Assembly: GCA_038843545.1 (NCBI GenBank)
Contig: JAWBRY010000001.1
Coordinates: forward strand, 19-64,018
Direction: 5' to 3'
Source of the DNA: Candidatus Bathyarchaeia archaeon
GTDB lineage: Archaea > Thermoproteota > Bathyarchaeia > Bathyarchaeales > Bathycorpusculaceae
DNA: 64,000 nt
The notes beneath the pieces are model-generated. The model searched no databases. It was not told the origin of the DNA and saw nothing but the letters and a program-made list of their open reading frames with translations. Of this stretch, positions 9,139 through 18,946 are shown piece after piece. The position numbers and the translations under genes were made by a program. Within the stretch, counting starts at the first letter, position 1. Every line of letters begins with the position of its first letter.

Positions 9139-10479
9139 TCACGGTTTTTCTCGTTCAACCTCTTTTATAACATCTTCGATTATATCGAGAGCTGCATCAA
9201 CCAATTCTCTTGTGATGTTTAACGGCGGCGCAATCCTCAAGGTTGAAACCCCGCATGTGATAACCGCAACTCCCCGTTTCCACGAACGTGATATGACCTC
9301 TCTTGCCTTGTCCGGAGCGGGTTTTTTGCTTTCCTTGTCTTCCACAAGTTCTATGCCTATCATGAGGCCTTTCCCTCTAACATCGCCTACGATTTCGCTT
9401 GTCTCCTTAAGCTCCTCAAGCCTTTTCATGATGTACGTTCCCTGCCTCACGGCGTTCTCCATCAGCCTTTCCTCCTTAATCACATCAATAACGGCTGAGG
9501 CCGCCGCGCACGAAAGAGGGTTTCCGCCGAAAGTGCTTGCGTGGGAGCCGCTGGTCCAGTCCATTATTTTCGCTTTGGCTATGGTTGCTCCAAGAGGCAG
9601 TCCTGAAGCCAACGCTTTAGCGCTACAAATTATGTCTGGTTCAACATTCCAATGTTCAATAGCAAACCATTTTCCGGTTCTTCCAACACCCGACTGCACC
9701 TCGTCGTCTATGAGGAGAATGCCATACTTGTCGGCGAGTTTTTTCAAGCGTTTAAAGTACTCGGGCGGCGGAACAACATAGCCGCCTTCACCCTGAATTG
9801 GTTCAAAAAGTATTGCAGCAACATCCTCCGGAGGCACATACTTCTGCAGCACAAACTCGTCCATAAAATCCACACACCAGTAGCGGCAGTCTGGGTAGGT
9901 CTGCTTAAACGGGCAACGGTAACAGTATGGGTATGGAACATGCGTCACACCGGGCATTAAAGGAGAGAAATACCTCCTCTGGACAAGTTTGCTAGCTGTG
10001 AAGGACAGAGCCCCAGTGGTTCTGCCGTGAAAAGCGTTTATGAAACTTATGAAAAGCTGTTTTCTTGTATGCCATTTAGCCAGCTTAATCGCCGCCTCAA
10101 CAGCTTCGGCTCCGCTGTTCCCAAAAAACACTTTCTTTTCAAAATTTCCAGGCGTTATTTCCACGAGTTTCTCCGCCAACTCGATGACTTCACGGTAATA
10201 GAAATCAGTGTTTGAATAGTGGAGGAAGCGGTCGCATTGCCTTTTAATGGCCTCCACAACCTTTGGATGTCTATGGCCAACATTCAAACACACAAGTCCA
10301 GCGTTAAAGTCGATATATTCGTTCCCATCCACATCCCTAACTATGCAGCCCTCACCAGACTCCACAACAAGAGGATAAAAACGCAGATAGGATGGAGAAA
10401 TCAGCCTCTCATCTTTCTTCACAAGCTCCATGGCTTTTGGCCCTGGGGGAGTAACAACAATTTTTGGATAAACTGCCAT
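9139..10479 (-). CDS. Class-III PLP-dependent aminotransferase (GabT/ArgD-like)
   Basis: 446 aa. Motifs: FGNSGAEAVEAAIKLA, LLIDDEVQSGVGRTGKWF and SAKALASGLPLGA (PLP-lysine region). Confidence 0.85.
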   Translation of the reverse strand: MAVYPKIVVTPPGPKAMELVKKDERLISPSYLRFYPLVVESGEGCIVRDVDGNEYIDFNAGLVCLNVGHRHPKVVEAIKRQCDRFLHYSNTDFYYREVIELAEKLVEITPGNFEKKVFFGNSGAEAVEAAIKLAKWHTRKQLFISFINAFHGRTTGALSFTASKLVQRRYFSPLMPGVTHVPYPYCYRCPFKQTYPDCRYWCVDFMDEFVLQKYVPPEDVAAILFEPIQGEGGYVVPPPEYFKRLKKLADKYGILLIDDEVQSGVGRTGKWFAIEHWNVEPDIICSAKALASGLPLGATIAKAKIMDWTSGSHASTFGGNPLSCAAASAVIDVIKEERLMENAVRQGTYIMKRLEELKETSEIVGDVRGKGLMIGIELVEDKESKKPAPDKAREVISRSWKRGVAVITCGVSTLRIAPPLNITRELVDAALDIIEDVIKEVEREKP

Positions 10480-10610
10480 AGCGCTTCACCGGTGTAAAGG
10501 GACTTAACATTTAGAAAAAGGCTTTAATATCGATTTCTATTTCCACAATAAAACCGTGGTCTAAGTAGGCCGCTGTTTAACCATACGCTTCGTTAAAGAC
10601 GCAGCGCAAC

Positions 10611-10940
10611 CTATGGTCTTTCTATTGTTATTTCGATGGTTGAAACGTTGGTTTTTTGGCCCTCGCCACGAACCACTTCATCTGTGCCGATGGTAATGTC
10701 CTTGACCTGCAAGTCCTTGACAAACGCCCTTCTCAGCAATTCCACAGTGTCAACGGCCCTGCTGATCGCCCGTCCTCTTGCTTTCACAACAATTTTCCGC
10801 GCACCGGAGTTGAGGAAGGTTAGGCAGGCAAGCACGTAGTTCATTACTGGTTTTTTGCCCACAAGCACTGTGCTTTCATTTGTTTGTGCCGACGGCCTTG
10901 TAGTTTTAGCTTCTTCCTTTCCCGCTTTCTTCTCCGACAT
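10611..10940 (-). CDS. albA: Alba DNA/RNA-binding protein
   Basis: 109 aa. The core reads VLVGKKPVMNYVLACLTFLNSG..IVVKARGRAISRAVDTVELLRR. The roughly 25-aa Lys-rich N-terminal extension depends on the start choice, because an internal GTG is possible. Confidence 0.85.
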   Translation of the reverse strand: MSEKKAGKEEAKTTRPSAQTNESTVLVGKKPVMNYVLACLTFLNSGARKIVVKARGRAISRAVDTVELLRRAFVKDLQVKDITIGTDEVVRGEGQKTNVSTIEITIERP

Positions 10941-11023
10941 ACGTTACCTCCCATGCTTTCGACGGCGATGACGGACTATATCATAATCCCAAGGGGTTCA
11001 TATATTTTTCGTACGTTCCAGGT

Positions 11024-11929
11024 TTAGATGCATCTTTCCATGGATGCTAGTATTTTATAGTACTCCCAGTCCTCGTCCACCCACCTCTGGATCTTCTCGA
11101 TATCGGTGTCTGTTAAATGGCGAAACCTTTCTTGAATGGAGAGATACTCCTTCACAGGTTTCCTATTTGCCTTCTCGATTAAACGGTCGCTGGGCGGGTT
11201 GAGTCGAAACTTGCCATTTTCAATTTCATAGAGAGCCCAAATTCCAGTTTGAACAGCCAATCTTCCAATTTCCACGGTTTTGCCTGCGTCATAACGCCAA
11301 CCGGTAGGACACGGCGTCAACACGTGGATGTACTTGGTGCCCTTCATCTCCCTGGCTTTTCTAAGCTTGTTAATGAAGTCTATGGGATAGGATGGGCATG
11401 CTGTTGCGACGTATGGGATCCCATGGGCGGCCATAATGAAGGGCATGTTTTTCTTTCTCTCCTTCTTGCCTGTGGGCGTTGTGGTTGTCCAAGCGCCATA
11501 TGGGGTTGCCCCGCTGCGTTGCAGGCCGGTATTACCATAAGCTTCGTTGTCATAGCATACATAGATGAAGTTTGTCTCCCGTTCAGCAGCTCCTGACAAT
11601 GATTGAATGCCGATGTCCACTGTTCCACCGTCACCAGCCCACCCCACAACTGTTATGTCCTCTAAACCGCGGATACGAAGCGCAGCGGATATGCCGGACG
11701 CCGTGGCGCCTGTAGCCTCAAACAACATGTTTTGGAGGGGCACGGCAAAAGCCGTAAAAGGATACGGGCCCTGAATAACGGTTGTGCAGCATGCTGGAAC
11801 AACCAGAATGACTTTGTTTTCCAAAGCTTTAAACAACAATCTTAGGGCGATTGAGGGCCCACACCCAGCACACGCGGCATGGCCTTTAAGCAGATACTCC
11901 TCCTTCGGGAGTTCTTTTATTGTTACCAC
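11024..11929 (-). CDS. porB: Pyruvate (2-oxoacid):ferredoxin oxidoreductase beta subunit
   Basis: 301 aa. It has the Cys motif GHAACAGCG and the TPP-binding GDGG..DIG. It is the last gene of a G-D-A-B operon. Confidence 0.85.
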   Translation of the reverse strand: MVTIKELPKEEYLLKGHAACAGCGPSIALRLLFKALENKVILVVPACCTTVIQGPYPFTAFAVPLQNMLFEATGATASGISAALRIRGLEDITVVGWAGDGGTVDIGIQSLSGAAERETNFIYVCYDNEAYGNTGLQRSGATPYGAWTTTTPTGKKERKKNMPFIMAAHGIPYVATACPSYPIDFINKLRKAREMKGTKYIHVLTPCPTGWRYDAGKTVEIGRLAVQTGIWALYEIENGKFRLNPPSDRLIEKANRKPVKEYLSIQERFRHLTDTDIEKIQRWVDEDWEYYKILASMERCI

Positions 11930-11933
11930 TTTT

Positions 11934-13112
11934 TCACACCCTTAAATCAACCCACACGGTTTCCTCCTCAACTCTCCCCTTTTCCAGCCATTTCAACGCC
12001 TTTTTGGCAATATCCTCTATGGTTTTAAAGGTGACATCTCTGCCTCCTAAACCGGCGATGAAGCCAGCGACTAAAGGCTTGTCTTTCGTATGATAAATGG
12101 AGGCCTTAACTTCTGTCGCAAGAAAGCCTTCCATTCCAAAGGATATGTGGCGATCTATGGTGGCGATTATGCGGGCTTGCTCTGCAAGTTTCCTGATTTC
12201 CTTCGTGGGGAAGGGACGGAAAACCCTTACACGGGCAACCCCAACCTTTAAGCCTCCTTTCCTAAGGTTGTCAACGGCTATTTTGGCTTCGGCTCCCATG
12301 GTGCCCATGGTACAGATAATTAGGTCTGCGTCTTCACATTGGTACTTATCGACTAGGCCGCCGTATTCAAAGCCGAAGCGTTTGCCATATTCTCTGTCGA
12401 TTTCTGGTATTAGCTTCTTTACATTTTCCATAGCCTCTTGTATTTTGCAGCGAAACTCCATGTACCATTCTGGCGATACGAGGTTTGCATGGGTAACTGG
12501 ATTGTTTACGTCCAGGAGCCACCCGGATTTGTATGGAGGCAGAAAGGCGTCTATCTCCTCTTGGTCGTGGATTTTGACGGGCATGTATGTATGTGATAGG
12601 ATAAAGCCTTCAAGGCAAACCATGGCTGGGAGGAAAACCCTCTCGTCCTCACAAATTCTGTATGCTTGTATAATTGTGTCGAAGACTTCTTGGTTGTCGG
12701 CGCAGTAAAACTGAATCCAGCCAGTATCCCTCTGTGACAGCGAATCGCTGAGGTCCGGCCATATGCTCCACGGTGCGCCCATAGCGCGGTTTACAACAAC
12801 CATAACGATTGGTAGACGCGCCCCAGAAGCCCAGTGCAAGGCCTCATGCATTAAAGCTAACCCATGCGAAGAGGTTGCAGTGAACGTTCTTACACCAGCG
12901 GCTGCTGCACCTATACAGGCTGCCATGGCGCTGTGTTCGGATTCCACGCGAATGTATTCTGCGTCCATTTCTCCGGCTTCCACAAACTCCGCAATCTTCT
13001 CAACCACTGTTGTCTGCGGCGTTATTGGATAAGCCGCCACCACCTTCACCCTTGCAGCTTTTGCCGCGTAACCGGCTATGTGGTTCGCAGTGTCGATGAT
13101 TATTTGCGCCAT
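11934..13112 (-). CDS. porA: Pyruvate (2-oxoacid):ferredoxin oxidoreductase alpha subunit
   Basis: 392 aa. The N-terminus reads ..NHIAGYAAKAARVKVVAAYPITPQT... Its operon position is between the delta and beta subunits. Confidence 0.85.
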   Translation of the reverse strand: MAQIIIDTANHIAGYAAKAARVKVVAAYPITPQTTVVEKIAEFVEAGEMDAEYIRVESEHSAMAACIGAAAAGVRTFTATSSHGLALMHEALHWASGARLPIVMVVVNRAMGAPWSIWPDLSDSLSQRDTGWIQFYCADNQEVFDTIIQAYRICEDERVFLPAMVCLEGFILSHTYMPVKIHDQEEIDAFLPPYKSGWLLDVNNPVTHANLVSPEWYMEFRCKIQEAMENVKKLIPEIDREYGKRFGFEYGGLVDKYQCEDADLIICTMGTMGAEAKIAVDNLRKGGLKVGVARVRVFRPFPTKEIRKLAEQARIIATIDRHISFGMEGFLATEVKASIYHTKDKPLVAGFIAGLGGRDVTFKTIEDIAKKALKWLEKGRVEEETVWVDLRV

Positions 13113-13113
13113 C

Positions 13114-13398
13114 TCATTCCTCCTCCTCCCTTTTCATGATTATGGCTTTAACCGGACACTCGTTAGCGCATATCCCACAGCCCTTGCAGTAGTCATAATC
13201 AATCTCCGGCGAGTCATCTTCGCGTCTCGATATGGCGGCGTCTGGACAGTAAATCCAGCATAGAGTACACCTTGTGCATTTTGAATAGTCAACTATTGGG
13301 CGGAAGGTTCTCCAAGAACCTGTTTTTCCCATGCTCCCAACCGTCGGAAAGGATAGTGGAGTGAGAGGCATATCTTTTCGAGTTTTAGGAACAGCCAT
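13114..13398 (-). CDS. porD: Pyruvate:ferredoxin oxidoreductase delta subunit (2x[4Fe-4S])
   Basis: 94 aa with two ferredoxin motifs, CTRCTLCWIYCP and CKGCGICANECP. Confidence 0.85.
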   Translation of the reverse strand: MAVPKTRKDMPLTPLSFPTVGSMGKTGSWRTFRPIVDYSKCTRCTLCWIYCPDAAISRREDDSPEIDYDYCKGCGICANECPVKAIIMKREEEE

Positions 13399-13401
13399 AA
13401 G

Positions 13402-13959
13402 TTACCACCCCTTAACCAAACATTCATAGGCGAGTTCAGCTGCGTGGGCGTTTTTCTCCCCGGCACTGCCCCGCCAGTTTTCTCTTATCGCTTTTAAAAC
13501 GCTCTCCAAACATACTTCGCCGGTGGCCGCCGCAAAGGCTCCCACCATCGAGGTGTTAACAATTGGCTGTCCAGCGATGAGGAGGCCTAACCTAAGAGCT
13601 ATCCCTGTTGCATCTACGGTGGCGATGCGCCAACCCCCAAGTTTAACCTCGTCAGGCTTTTTGGTGGTGTTTAGGATAACCGCACCATCTCTTTTCAAAC
13701 CTTCAGTTACATCTATCATTTTGTAGAGTTGAGGATCCAGAACCATCACATAATCTGGGTTGTAAACTTGACTGTGAAGAAGAATGGGAGCGTCGCTTAT
13801 TCTGGCGAAAGCTTTAACAGGGGCCCCGCGGCGTTCAGCGCCAAAGTATGGAAAAGCCTGCACATGTTTGCCTTCTATGTGTGCGGCGTGAGCCAGCAAA
13901 TAGGCGGCGGTGACAGCCCCTTGTCCGCCCCTACCATGAATTCTTATTTCTTTAAGCAA
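13402..13959 (-). CDS. porG: Pyruvate:ferredoxin oxidoreductase gamma subunit
   Basis: 185 aa. It starts ..IRIHGRGGQGAVTAAYLLA.. and is the first gene of the operon. Confidence 0.85.
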   Translation of the reverse strand: MLKEIRIHGRGGQGAVTAAYLLAHAAHIEGKHVQAFPYFGAERRGAPVKAFARISDAPILLHSQVYNPDYVMVLDPQLYKMIDVTEGLKRDGAVILNTTKKPDEVKLGGWRIATVDATGIALRLGLLIAGQPIVNTSMVGAFAAATGEVCLESVLKAIRENWRGSAGEKNAHAAELAYECLVKGW

Positions 13960-14014
13960 GAGTTTACCCTTCTCGGAATTTGAGAGTTGAAGCCACGCCC
14001 TTATTAGTGTTAGC

Positions 14015-15886
14015 CTAAACAGAGAGTAAAACCAACATTAGGAGGACGGATGCAGCCGCAAACAACGGAACAACAACCCGTTTAGCCCGGCGAACAACCA
14101 TGTCCGGAAGCGTGCACAGTTTTTCTAAAGCTTCTCTCCCGATAACCTTAACTTTCTGAACTTTTATGGAGCGGAAACCCATCTTTGCTTGGCTCAGGTT
14201 TGCAAAGGCTGTGTAAGCCGCCTCTTTTACATACTCAATGATCTTTTCATGGTTCATTACTTCGCCTATTGGATGGTATCCCCTAGTGGTCAATGTTACG
14301 GCGTTTACGGAGTGCGTATCTGTTGTGAAAACTTCTCCGTCATGGATGCCCAGTGACTGCAACGCTGACAAAATTTTTTCCCGTAAGCCGGAAACCATGT
14401 TGTTCCCGTCGAAAACAACATAAGCCGTTTTCCGCCCAGAAACTTCAACAACCACCACGGTTATGCCGCCTGAGCCCATACCATCTGGTAGGCCGAACTC
14501 CTTAGGCTTTACAGTGGCGGCGCCAACCTTGAAAGGCAGTTTATCCAACGAAGAGATTTTTTCCAAGCAAGCCAATGCGGCCTCTTCTAAAGCCCCCAAA
14601 GCCTGTTTTGATTCAAGAACCCCGTCTATGCTGTTGTGGGCGTTTACAAAAACGCAGTTTTTCAAACCAAGCTTTTCGGCTTTTCCATGAACAAAAAAGC
14701 CCAAATCTGATGGAAGATCCCCTCTGGTAGGGGGCGCCAGGGAAAAAGCAACTAGAGCCGTGTTTCCAAACACTTGGCAACACGCTGTGGCCAAGTCATT
14801 CTCAACCTTGATGAATGGCGTCGCAAAGTTTTCGCTGACTGTGAAAACAGCTGATTCAACAACCTGATCAACTATTTTTTGATTCTCCTTGTGAGAAGCT
14901 AGGTCAAGTTCGTGGCCAAGTAATCCAAGCGGTACACAGGCAACACCGCCCAACTTTTGTTCAAGGCCGGCCTTAAGCATGGATGGTAAAAGACTGCTTC
15001 CAACGTTTTTGAATGGGCCGGGGTGAACAGAAGGCACAACTATGAATACGCTGCCATCTTTTTGGTCAAAACGCAAAATTGAAACGTCAACGTCGCTTTC
15101 CTTGCTTAGGCTTTCAAGAAAATACTCGAAGGGCTCGTTTAAATCCGCAACCCAGTTCAGAATAAACGCCTTGAAAATGGATAGCGAGGGAAAACCCACA
15201 ATTTTTTGGCCAATACTGTTGAGGAGAGCTATAAAAAGAAAGCTCGAAAAAAGGGCAACGCCAAGAGCCCACAGCAAAAACATGGAAACCCTCCAAAAAT
15301 TCACCATGTTCAACCAGAAAACAGTGAATGGCGCCAGATAAAGGAAGGGGGGAATTATGGATGCAGCCAGAAAAGGTTTAACTCCAGAAGAGGTCACATA
15401 AAGCGCTATGAGTCGCAGGATCAAGATGGCTGAAAAACCCAGAAGGCAAAGTCTAACAGCCCACATCTGCCCAAAAAATATCGTAGCAATGAACCCCATT
15501 AAGATGAACGGAAGCCAGAAGGCCCAGCAGAAAAGGGAAAGCGCAGTTATGCGCCTCAAATCGTAGATGGGATCTTTTCTAAAAACATAAAGACTCGAAA
15601 AATAGTTTAGAAACACTGTGACAAAAAACAGGGAAACGCCTAAAAATAGCCCGTGAACTAACCCTAAAACGGTGAAGTTGAAGGAAGACGCATGGAGCAA
15701 GCCTATAATCAAGCACAACATCCACGAAAGGGTAAGGCTTCTCTTGTATGAGGGCAGTGTGAAAAGTGAGGAGTAATGCCTAACAGCATTGTCAAGATGT
15801 TGGTTGAAGGAGTTATTTGAGTTCATGGGCACCCTGTCCAAGTGGTTTTTTATGAAATTTAATCTAAGCATATTAATGTGTCGCAA
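14015..15886 (-). CDS. Large polytopic membrane protein with a C-terminal soluble domain (DUF2070-like)
   Basis: 623 aa. The N-terminal roughly 250 aa form multiple TM helices, followed by a soluble domain and a terminal TM helix. Family assignment is from memory. Likely ATG starts are at 15871 or 15826. Confidence 0.5.
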   Translation of the reverse strand: MRHINMLRLNFIKNHLDRVPMNSNNSFNQHLDNAVRHYSSLFTLPSYKRSLTLSWMLCLIIGLLHASSFNFTVLGLVHGLFLGVSLFFVTVFLNYFSSLYVFRKDPIYDLRRITALSLFCWAFWLPFILMGFIATIFFGQMWAVRLCLLGFSAILILRLIALYVTSSGVKPFLAASIIPPFLYLAPFTVFWLNMVNFWRVSMFLLWALGVALFSSFLFIALLNSIGQKIVGFPSLSIFKAFILNWVADLNEPFEYFLESLSKESDVDVSILRFDQKDGSVFIVVPSVHPGPFKNVGSSLLPSMLKAGLEQKLGGVACVPLGLLGHELDLASHKENQKIVDQVVESAVFTVSENFATPFIKVENDLATACCQVFGNTALVAFSLAPPTRGDLPSDLGFFVHGKAEKLGLKNCVFVNAHNSIDGVLESKQALGALEEAALACLEKISSLDKLPFKVGAATVKPKEFGLPDGMGSGGITVVVVEVSGRKTAYVVFDGNNMVSGLREKILSALQSLGIHDGEVFTTDTHSVNAVTLTTRGYHPIGEVMNHEKIIEYVKEAAYTAFANLSQAKMGFRSIKVQKVKVIGREALEKLCTLPDMVVRRAKRVVVPLFAAASVLLMLVLLSV

Positions 15887-15988
15887 ATAAGTTCAGCACG
15901 GCGCGATTGCCCCTAAAGTTGCATCAAACGTTGCAAAAGAATCGCAACTGTTTTATCCCTCCACCGCCAATTAGACTTTGCTGATAAC

Positions 15989-16282
15989 ATGCCTGAACAG
16001 AACTTACCTCCGACAATATTTCACATGTTAGAGAAGAGCTTGGGAAAAACTGTTCGAGTGATCCTTGACCCTTCATATGGTTTTGAGGGGACATTAGCCG
16101 CCGTGACCCGTGAACCCCCGGGAATATGGCTTTCAGACGCGGAAGCCATAATTTTAAGGGCAACTATAGCTCAGCCTATTCCACAGGTAGCCGCCAGAGA
16201 GGAGCGTAGTGAAATATTTATCCACCTAAATGCTGTTCAAAGGATTGAGGTTTTGCATCCACCCTCGCGCCGTCAAACCTAG
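15989..16282 (+). CDS. Sm-like (LSm) fold protein, putative
   Basis: 97 aa. LEKSLGKTVRVILDPSYGFEGTLAAVTREPPGIWLSDAEAI resembles the Sm1/Sm2 pattern (L..l.k.V.V.l..g..f.G.L...D..mNl.L.da.e). Confidence 0.35.
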   Translation: MPEQNLPPTIFHMLEKSLGKTVRVILDPSYGFEGTLAAVTREPPGIWLSDAEAIILRATIAQPIPQVAAREERSEIFIHLNAVQRIEVLHPPSRRQT

Positions 16283-16446
16283 AAGAAAACACGGGCTAAA
16301 ATGCACACAACTATTAAGGCGACGGCAGCAACGACGAGAAGTTCAGGCTTAACCTTAATTCCCTCTGTTTCCTCTTCAAAGAACCTCAAAAGTCCGGCGC
16401 TTGCAGCAGGCATGGGCGCGGATTCGCTCTTCTTCTTTCTACTCAT
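16279..16446 (-). CDS. Protein translocase subunit Sec61beta
   Basis: 55-aa ORF below the ORF-track cut-off, translated by hand: MSRKKKSESAPMPAASAGLLRFFEEETEGIKVKPELLVVAAVALIVVCILARVFF. It has the SAGLLRFF motif plus a single C-terminal TM helix. Confidence 0.75.
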   Translation of the reverse strand: MSRKKKSESAPMPAASAGLLRFFEEETEGIKVKPELLVVAAVALIVVCILARVFF

Positions 16447-16550
16447 GAAGGCTCCTCGATTTCGTTATAGTTAACTCTCGATTATTAAGGTTGTGTTGAA
16501 CTCAAAATGGTTTTATCTACGAAAGGGAATAGTGTGAGCGAGGTGTTCAT

Positions 16551-17867
16551 GTGCCAACGCCCCGTGAAGAATATGATTATGTGTTAGGGCTTCTTCAGAA
16601 ACATCATGAATGGTTCCGCGAATGTATCCCCTTGATTGCAAGCGAGAACATCCCTAGCCCGGCGGTCAGGGAGGCATTAACAACAGATTTTGGAAACCGG
16701 TACGCAGAGGGGTGGCCTGGAGAGCGGGTTTACGCTGGATGCCGCTTTATAGATCAAGTGGAGTTTAAGTGCATTGAGCTTATGAAAAGGCTTTTCGACG
16801 CAGAATTTGTGGATGTTAGGCCAATTTCTGGTGCTGTGGCAAACCTCGTCGTCTACACGGCCTTCACGGAGCCCGGCGACGTCATGATGGCGTTATCAAT
16901 ACCATGCGGCGGCCACATTACAATGGGGAAGAAGGAGCTGGGAGGCACTGCTGGAGCGGTTCACGGCTTAATAGTGGAGTATCTTCCCCTAGACTATAAG
17001 GAGTTGAACATCGATGTTGATAAGGCAAGACAGCGGATTGAAAAACTTGCCGCGGAGGGAAGACCGCCCAAGCTTGTCATGTTTGGAGCAAGCGTTTTCC
17101 CGTTTCCCCACCCAGTTAAAGAGTTAGCAGACACCATACACTCGGTGGGCGGCATAGTAGGCTATGACGCGGCACACGTCGCTGGACTTATAGCCGGAAA
17201 ATGCTTCCAAAACCCGTTAATGGAGGGAGCCGACGTTGTAAGCCTCAGCACCCACAAAACCTTCTTCGGCCCTCAACATGGTGGAGTTCTCTCATGGGAT
17301 AAATACGCTGAGAAGATAAAGAGGGCGACATTTCCCGGATTGGTAAGCAACCACCATCTACATGCAGTGGCGGGGGTAGCCATAGCTGCTGCTGAAATGC
17401 TTGAATTTGGAAGGGAGTACGCTCACCAAGTGATAAGAAACGCAAAGGCCCTTGCCCAAGCCCTTTATGAAAGAGGCTTTAATGTTTTAGCTGAACATAA
17501 AGGTTTCACGGAGTCCCACGTAATCCTTATAGACGTAACAAAATACGGTGACGGAGGCGCAATTGAAAAAATTCTCGAAGATGCAAATATAATAGTGAAC
17601 AGGAATCTTTTGCCGTGGGACATTAAAGAGGGACGCCACTTCCAAAACCCGGGAGGCATAAGGCTTGGTGTTTCAGAAGTCACGAGGCTTGGAATGCGTG
17701 AATTTGAGATGGTTGAAATAGCCGAATTCATGAAACGTGTAGTTATAGACAAGGAGTCTCCGGAAAAAGTTAGGGCAGACGTGGCAGAGTTCAGGAAGGA
17801 CTACCAGAAAGTGCATTACTGTTTTGAAAACGCAACAGAAGCCTACCAGCATATAAGAATCCGCTAA
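16551..17867 (+). CDS. glyA: Serine hydroxymethyltransferase
   Basis: 438 aa. Motifs: LIASENIPSPAV, NRYAEGWPG and SLSTHKTFFGPQHG (PLP-lysine). Confidence 0.9.
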   Translation: MPTPREEYDYVLGLLQKHHEWFRECIPLIASENIPSPAVREALTTDFGNRYAEGWPGERVYAGCRFIDQVEFKCIELMKRLFDAEFVDVRPISGAVANLVVYTAFTEPGDVMMALSIPCGGHITMGKKELGGTAGAVHGLIVEYLPLDYKELNIDVDKARQRIEKLAAEGRPPKLVMFGASVFPFPHPVKELADTIHSVGGIVGYDAAHVAGLIAGKCFQNPLMEGADVVSLSTHKTFFGPQHGGVLSWDKYAEKIKRATFPGLVSNHHLHAVAGVAIAAAEMLEFGREYAHQVIRNAKALAQALYERGFNVLAEHKGFTESHVILIDVTKYGDGGAIEKILEDANIIVNRNLLPWDIKEGRHFQNPGGIRLGVSEVTRLGMREFEMVEIAEFMKRVVIDKESPEKVRADVAEFRKDYQKVHYCFENATEAYQHIRIR

Positions 17868-17876
17868 GGATCAAGT

Positions 17877-18302
17877 TTGAACAAGACAACCATTTGGACG
17901 ATTGGACATAGCAACCGCTCCATAAACACCTTTCTCGAGCTTTTAAGAGAGCATGAAATCCAAGTTTTAGTAGACGTTCGCAGCTTCCCCACATCAAAAA
18001 TTGAACATTTCAAAAGGGAAAACATGGAAAAGTGGCTTCCAGAAAACGGGATAGAATACGTTTGGCTAGGAAGGGAGCTGGGGGGATACCGAAAAGGCGG
18101 TTATGAAAAGCATATGCGAACAAAACTTTTTAGAGAGGGCATAAAGAAGCTTCTGGAAATAGCCGCCCAAAGGAGGACCTGCGTGATGTGCATGGAGCCT
18201 AATCCAAAATATTGCCACAGAAGATTCATAGCCGCCCACCTGGAAAGGAGGGGTGTGAAAGTAATCCATATAATCGCGAAAGGACAACGAAGCCTAAACT
18301 AA
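17877..18302 (+). CDS. DUF488 family protein
   Basis: 141 aa. WTIGHSNRSINTFLELLREHEIQVLVDVRSFPTSK and a C-terminal C..CHR.. are typical of DUF488. Confidence 0.7.
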   Translation: MNKTTIWTIGHSNRSINTFLELLREHEIQVLVDVRSFPTSKIEHFKRENMEKWLPENGIEYVWLGRELGGYRKGGYEKHMRTKLFREGIKKLLEIAAQRRTCVMCMEPNPKYCHRRFIAAHLERRGVKVIHIIAKGQRSLN

Positions 18303-18343
18303 AGTTTTAAGCAACAACATACACACAAATTCTTGGGAAAACT

Positions 18344-18631
18344 ATGCATGTACGGGAATTTCAAGAATTGATGCGTCACCTATACTTCCATAGGGACTCG
18401 CAAAGGGGAGTTGAGAAAACGTTCGAGTGGTTTGTGGAGGAGGTTGCGGAGCTAGGTGAAGCCCTAAAGACCAATGACAAAAGGGCTTTGGAAAACGAGT
18501 TTGCAGACGTCTTAGCGTGGTTGGCGTCCTTGGCAAACATAACCAACGTCAACCTAGAAGAAGCTGCCGTCAACAAGTATGATGGTAAATGCCCCAGATG
18601 TGAAAGGAGCCCTTGCTGCTGCCCATTTTGA
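18344..18631 (+). CDS. MazG-like nucleotide pyrophosphohydrolase domain protein
   Basis: 95 aa. The EEVAELGEA...ENEFADVLAWL pattern (EExxE..E..D) is present, plus a Cys-rich tail CPRCERSPCCC. Confidence 0.65.
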   Translation: MHVREFQELMRHLYFHRDSQRGVEKTFEWFVEEVAELGEALKTNDKRALENEFADVLAWLASLANITNVNLEEAAVNKYDGKCPRCERSPCCCPF

Positions 18632-18636
18632 GTTCG

Positions 18637-18900
18637 TCAGCTTAAACGCTTTTGACCGAGCCCTGTAAGCATCCAGGTTGATGGACGGCTACCCCTACGT
18701 TTAACTATGCCTTTCGCCTCCAAAAGTTTTAGGTGGTGTAACACAACATTATATTGCAAGCCTGTTTTGCTTGCAATTTCTTTTGCGTCTGCTGGAGACT
18801 TCTCTAGCGAATCCAGGATTGCGGTTCTGGCTTTTAAACCCATTTTAACGTTTCTAAAATCCCTCAAGTAAGCGTTTGGATGGTATCCCTCTCTAGGCAT
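18637..18900 (-). CDS. ArsR-like winged-helix transcriptional regulator
   Basis: 87 aa. ..RTAILDSLEKSPADAKEIASKTGLQYNVVLHHLKLLEAKGIVKRRG.. is a wHTH pattern. Confidence 0.6.
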   Translation of the reverse strand: MPREGYHPNAYLRDFRNVKMGLKARTAILDSLEKSPADAKEIASKTGLQYNVVLHHLKLLEAKGIVKRRGSRPSTWMLTGLGQKRLS

Positions 18901-18946
18901 CGCCCATCAAAAATAATTTGCCACAACTAGGTAGAAAAGATTTCAT

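Noticed and set aside
10866-10940. Lys-rich N-terminal extension on Alba as a possible novel tail.
   Set aside because: An in-frame GTG immediately before LVGKKPVMNYV could be the true start. This cannot be decided from sequence alone.
12097-12708. Long antisense ORFs inside well-supported genes. Examples: 12097-12708 (203 aa) in porA, 20301-20927 (208 aa) in DP2, 28712-29326 (204 aa) in cdc6, 9101-9781 (226 aa) in the aminotransferase, 34465-34968 and 35317-35694 in hppA, 60667-61320 (217 aa) over ftsY/pfdA, and 62375-63016 (213 aa) over eL31/eL39/PDCD5.
   Set aside because: Each lies entirely opposite a gene with strong family motifs. Their translations are Ser/Pro/Arg/Leu-rich or low-complexity with no recognisable motif. 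They are shadow ORFs caused by the codon bias of the real gene.
17877-18900. DUF488, a MazG-like protein and an ArsR regulator as a possible toxin-antitoxin or defence-like cassette.
   Set aside because: No nuclease, toxin or ATPase partner is present, and the genes are small housekeeping-type domains in mixed orientation. Adjacency alone is insufficient.
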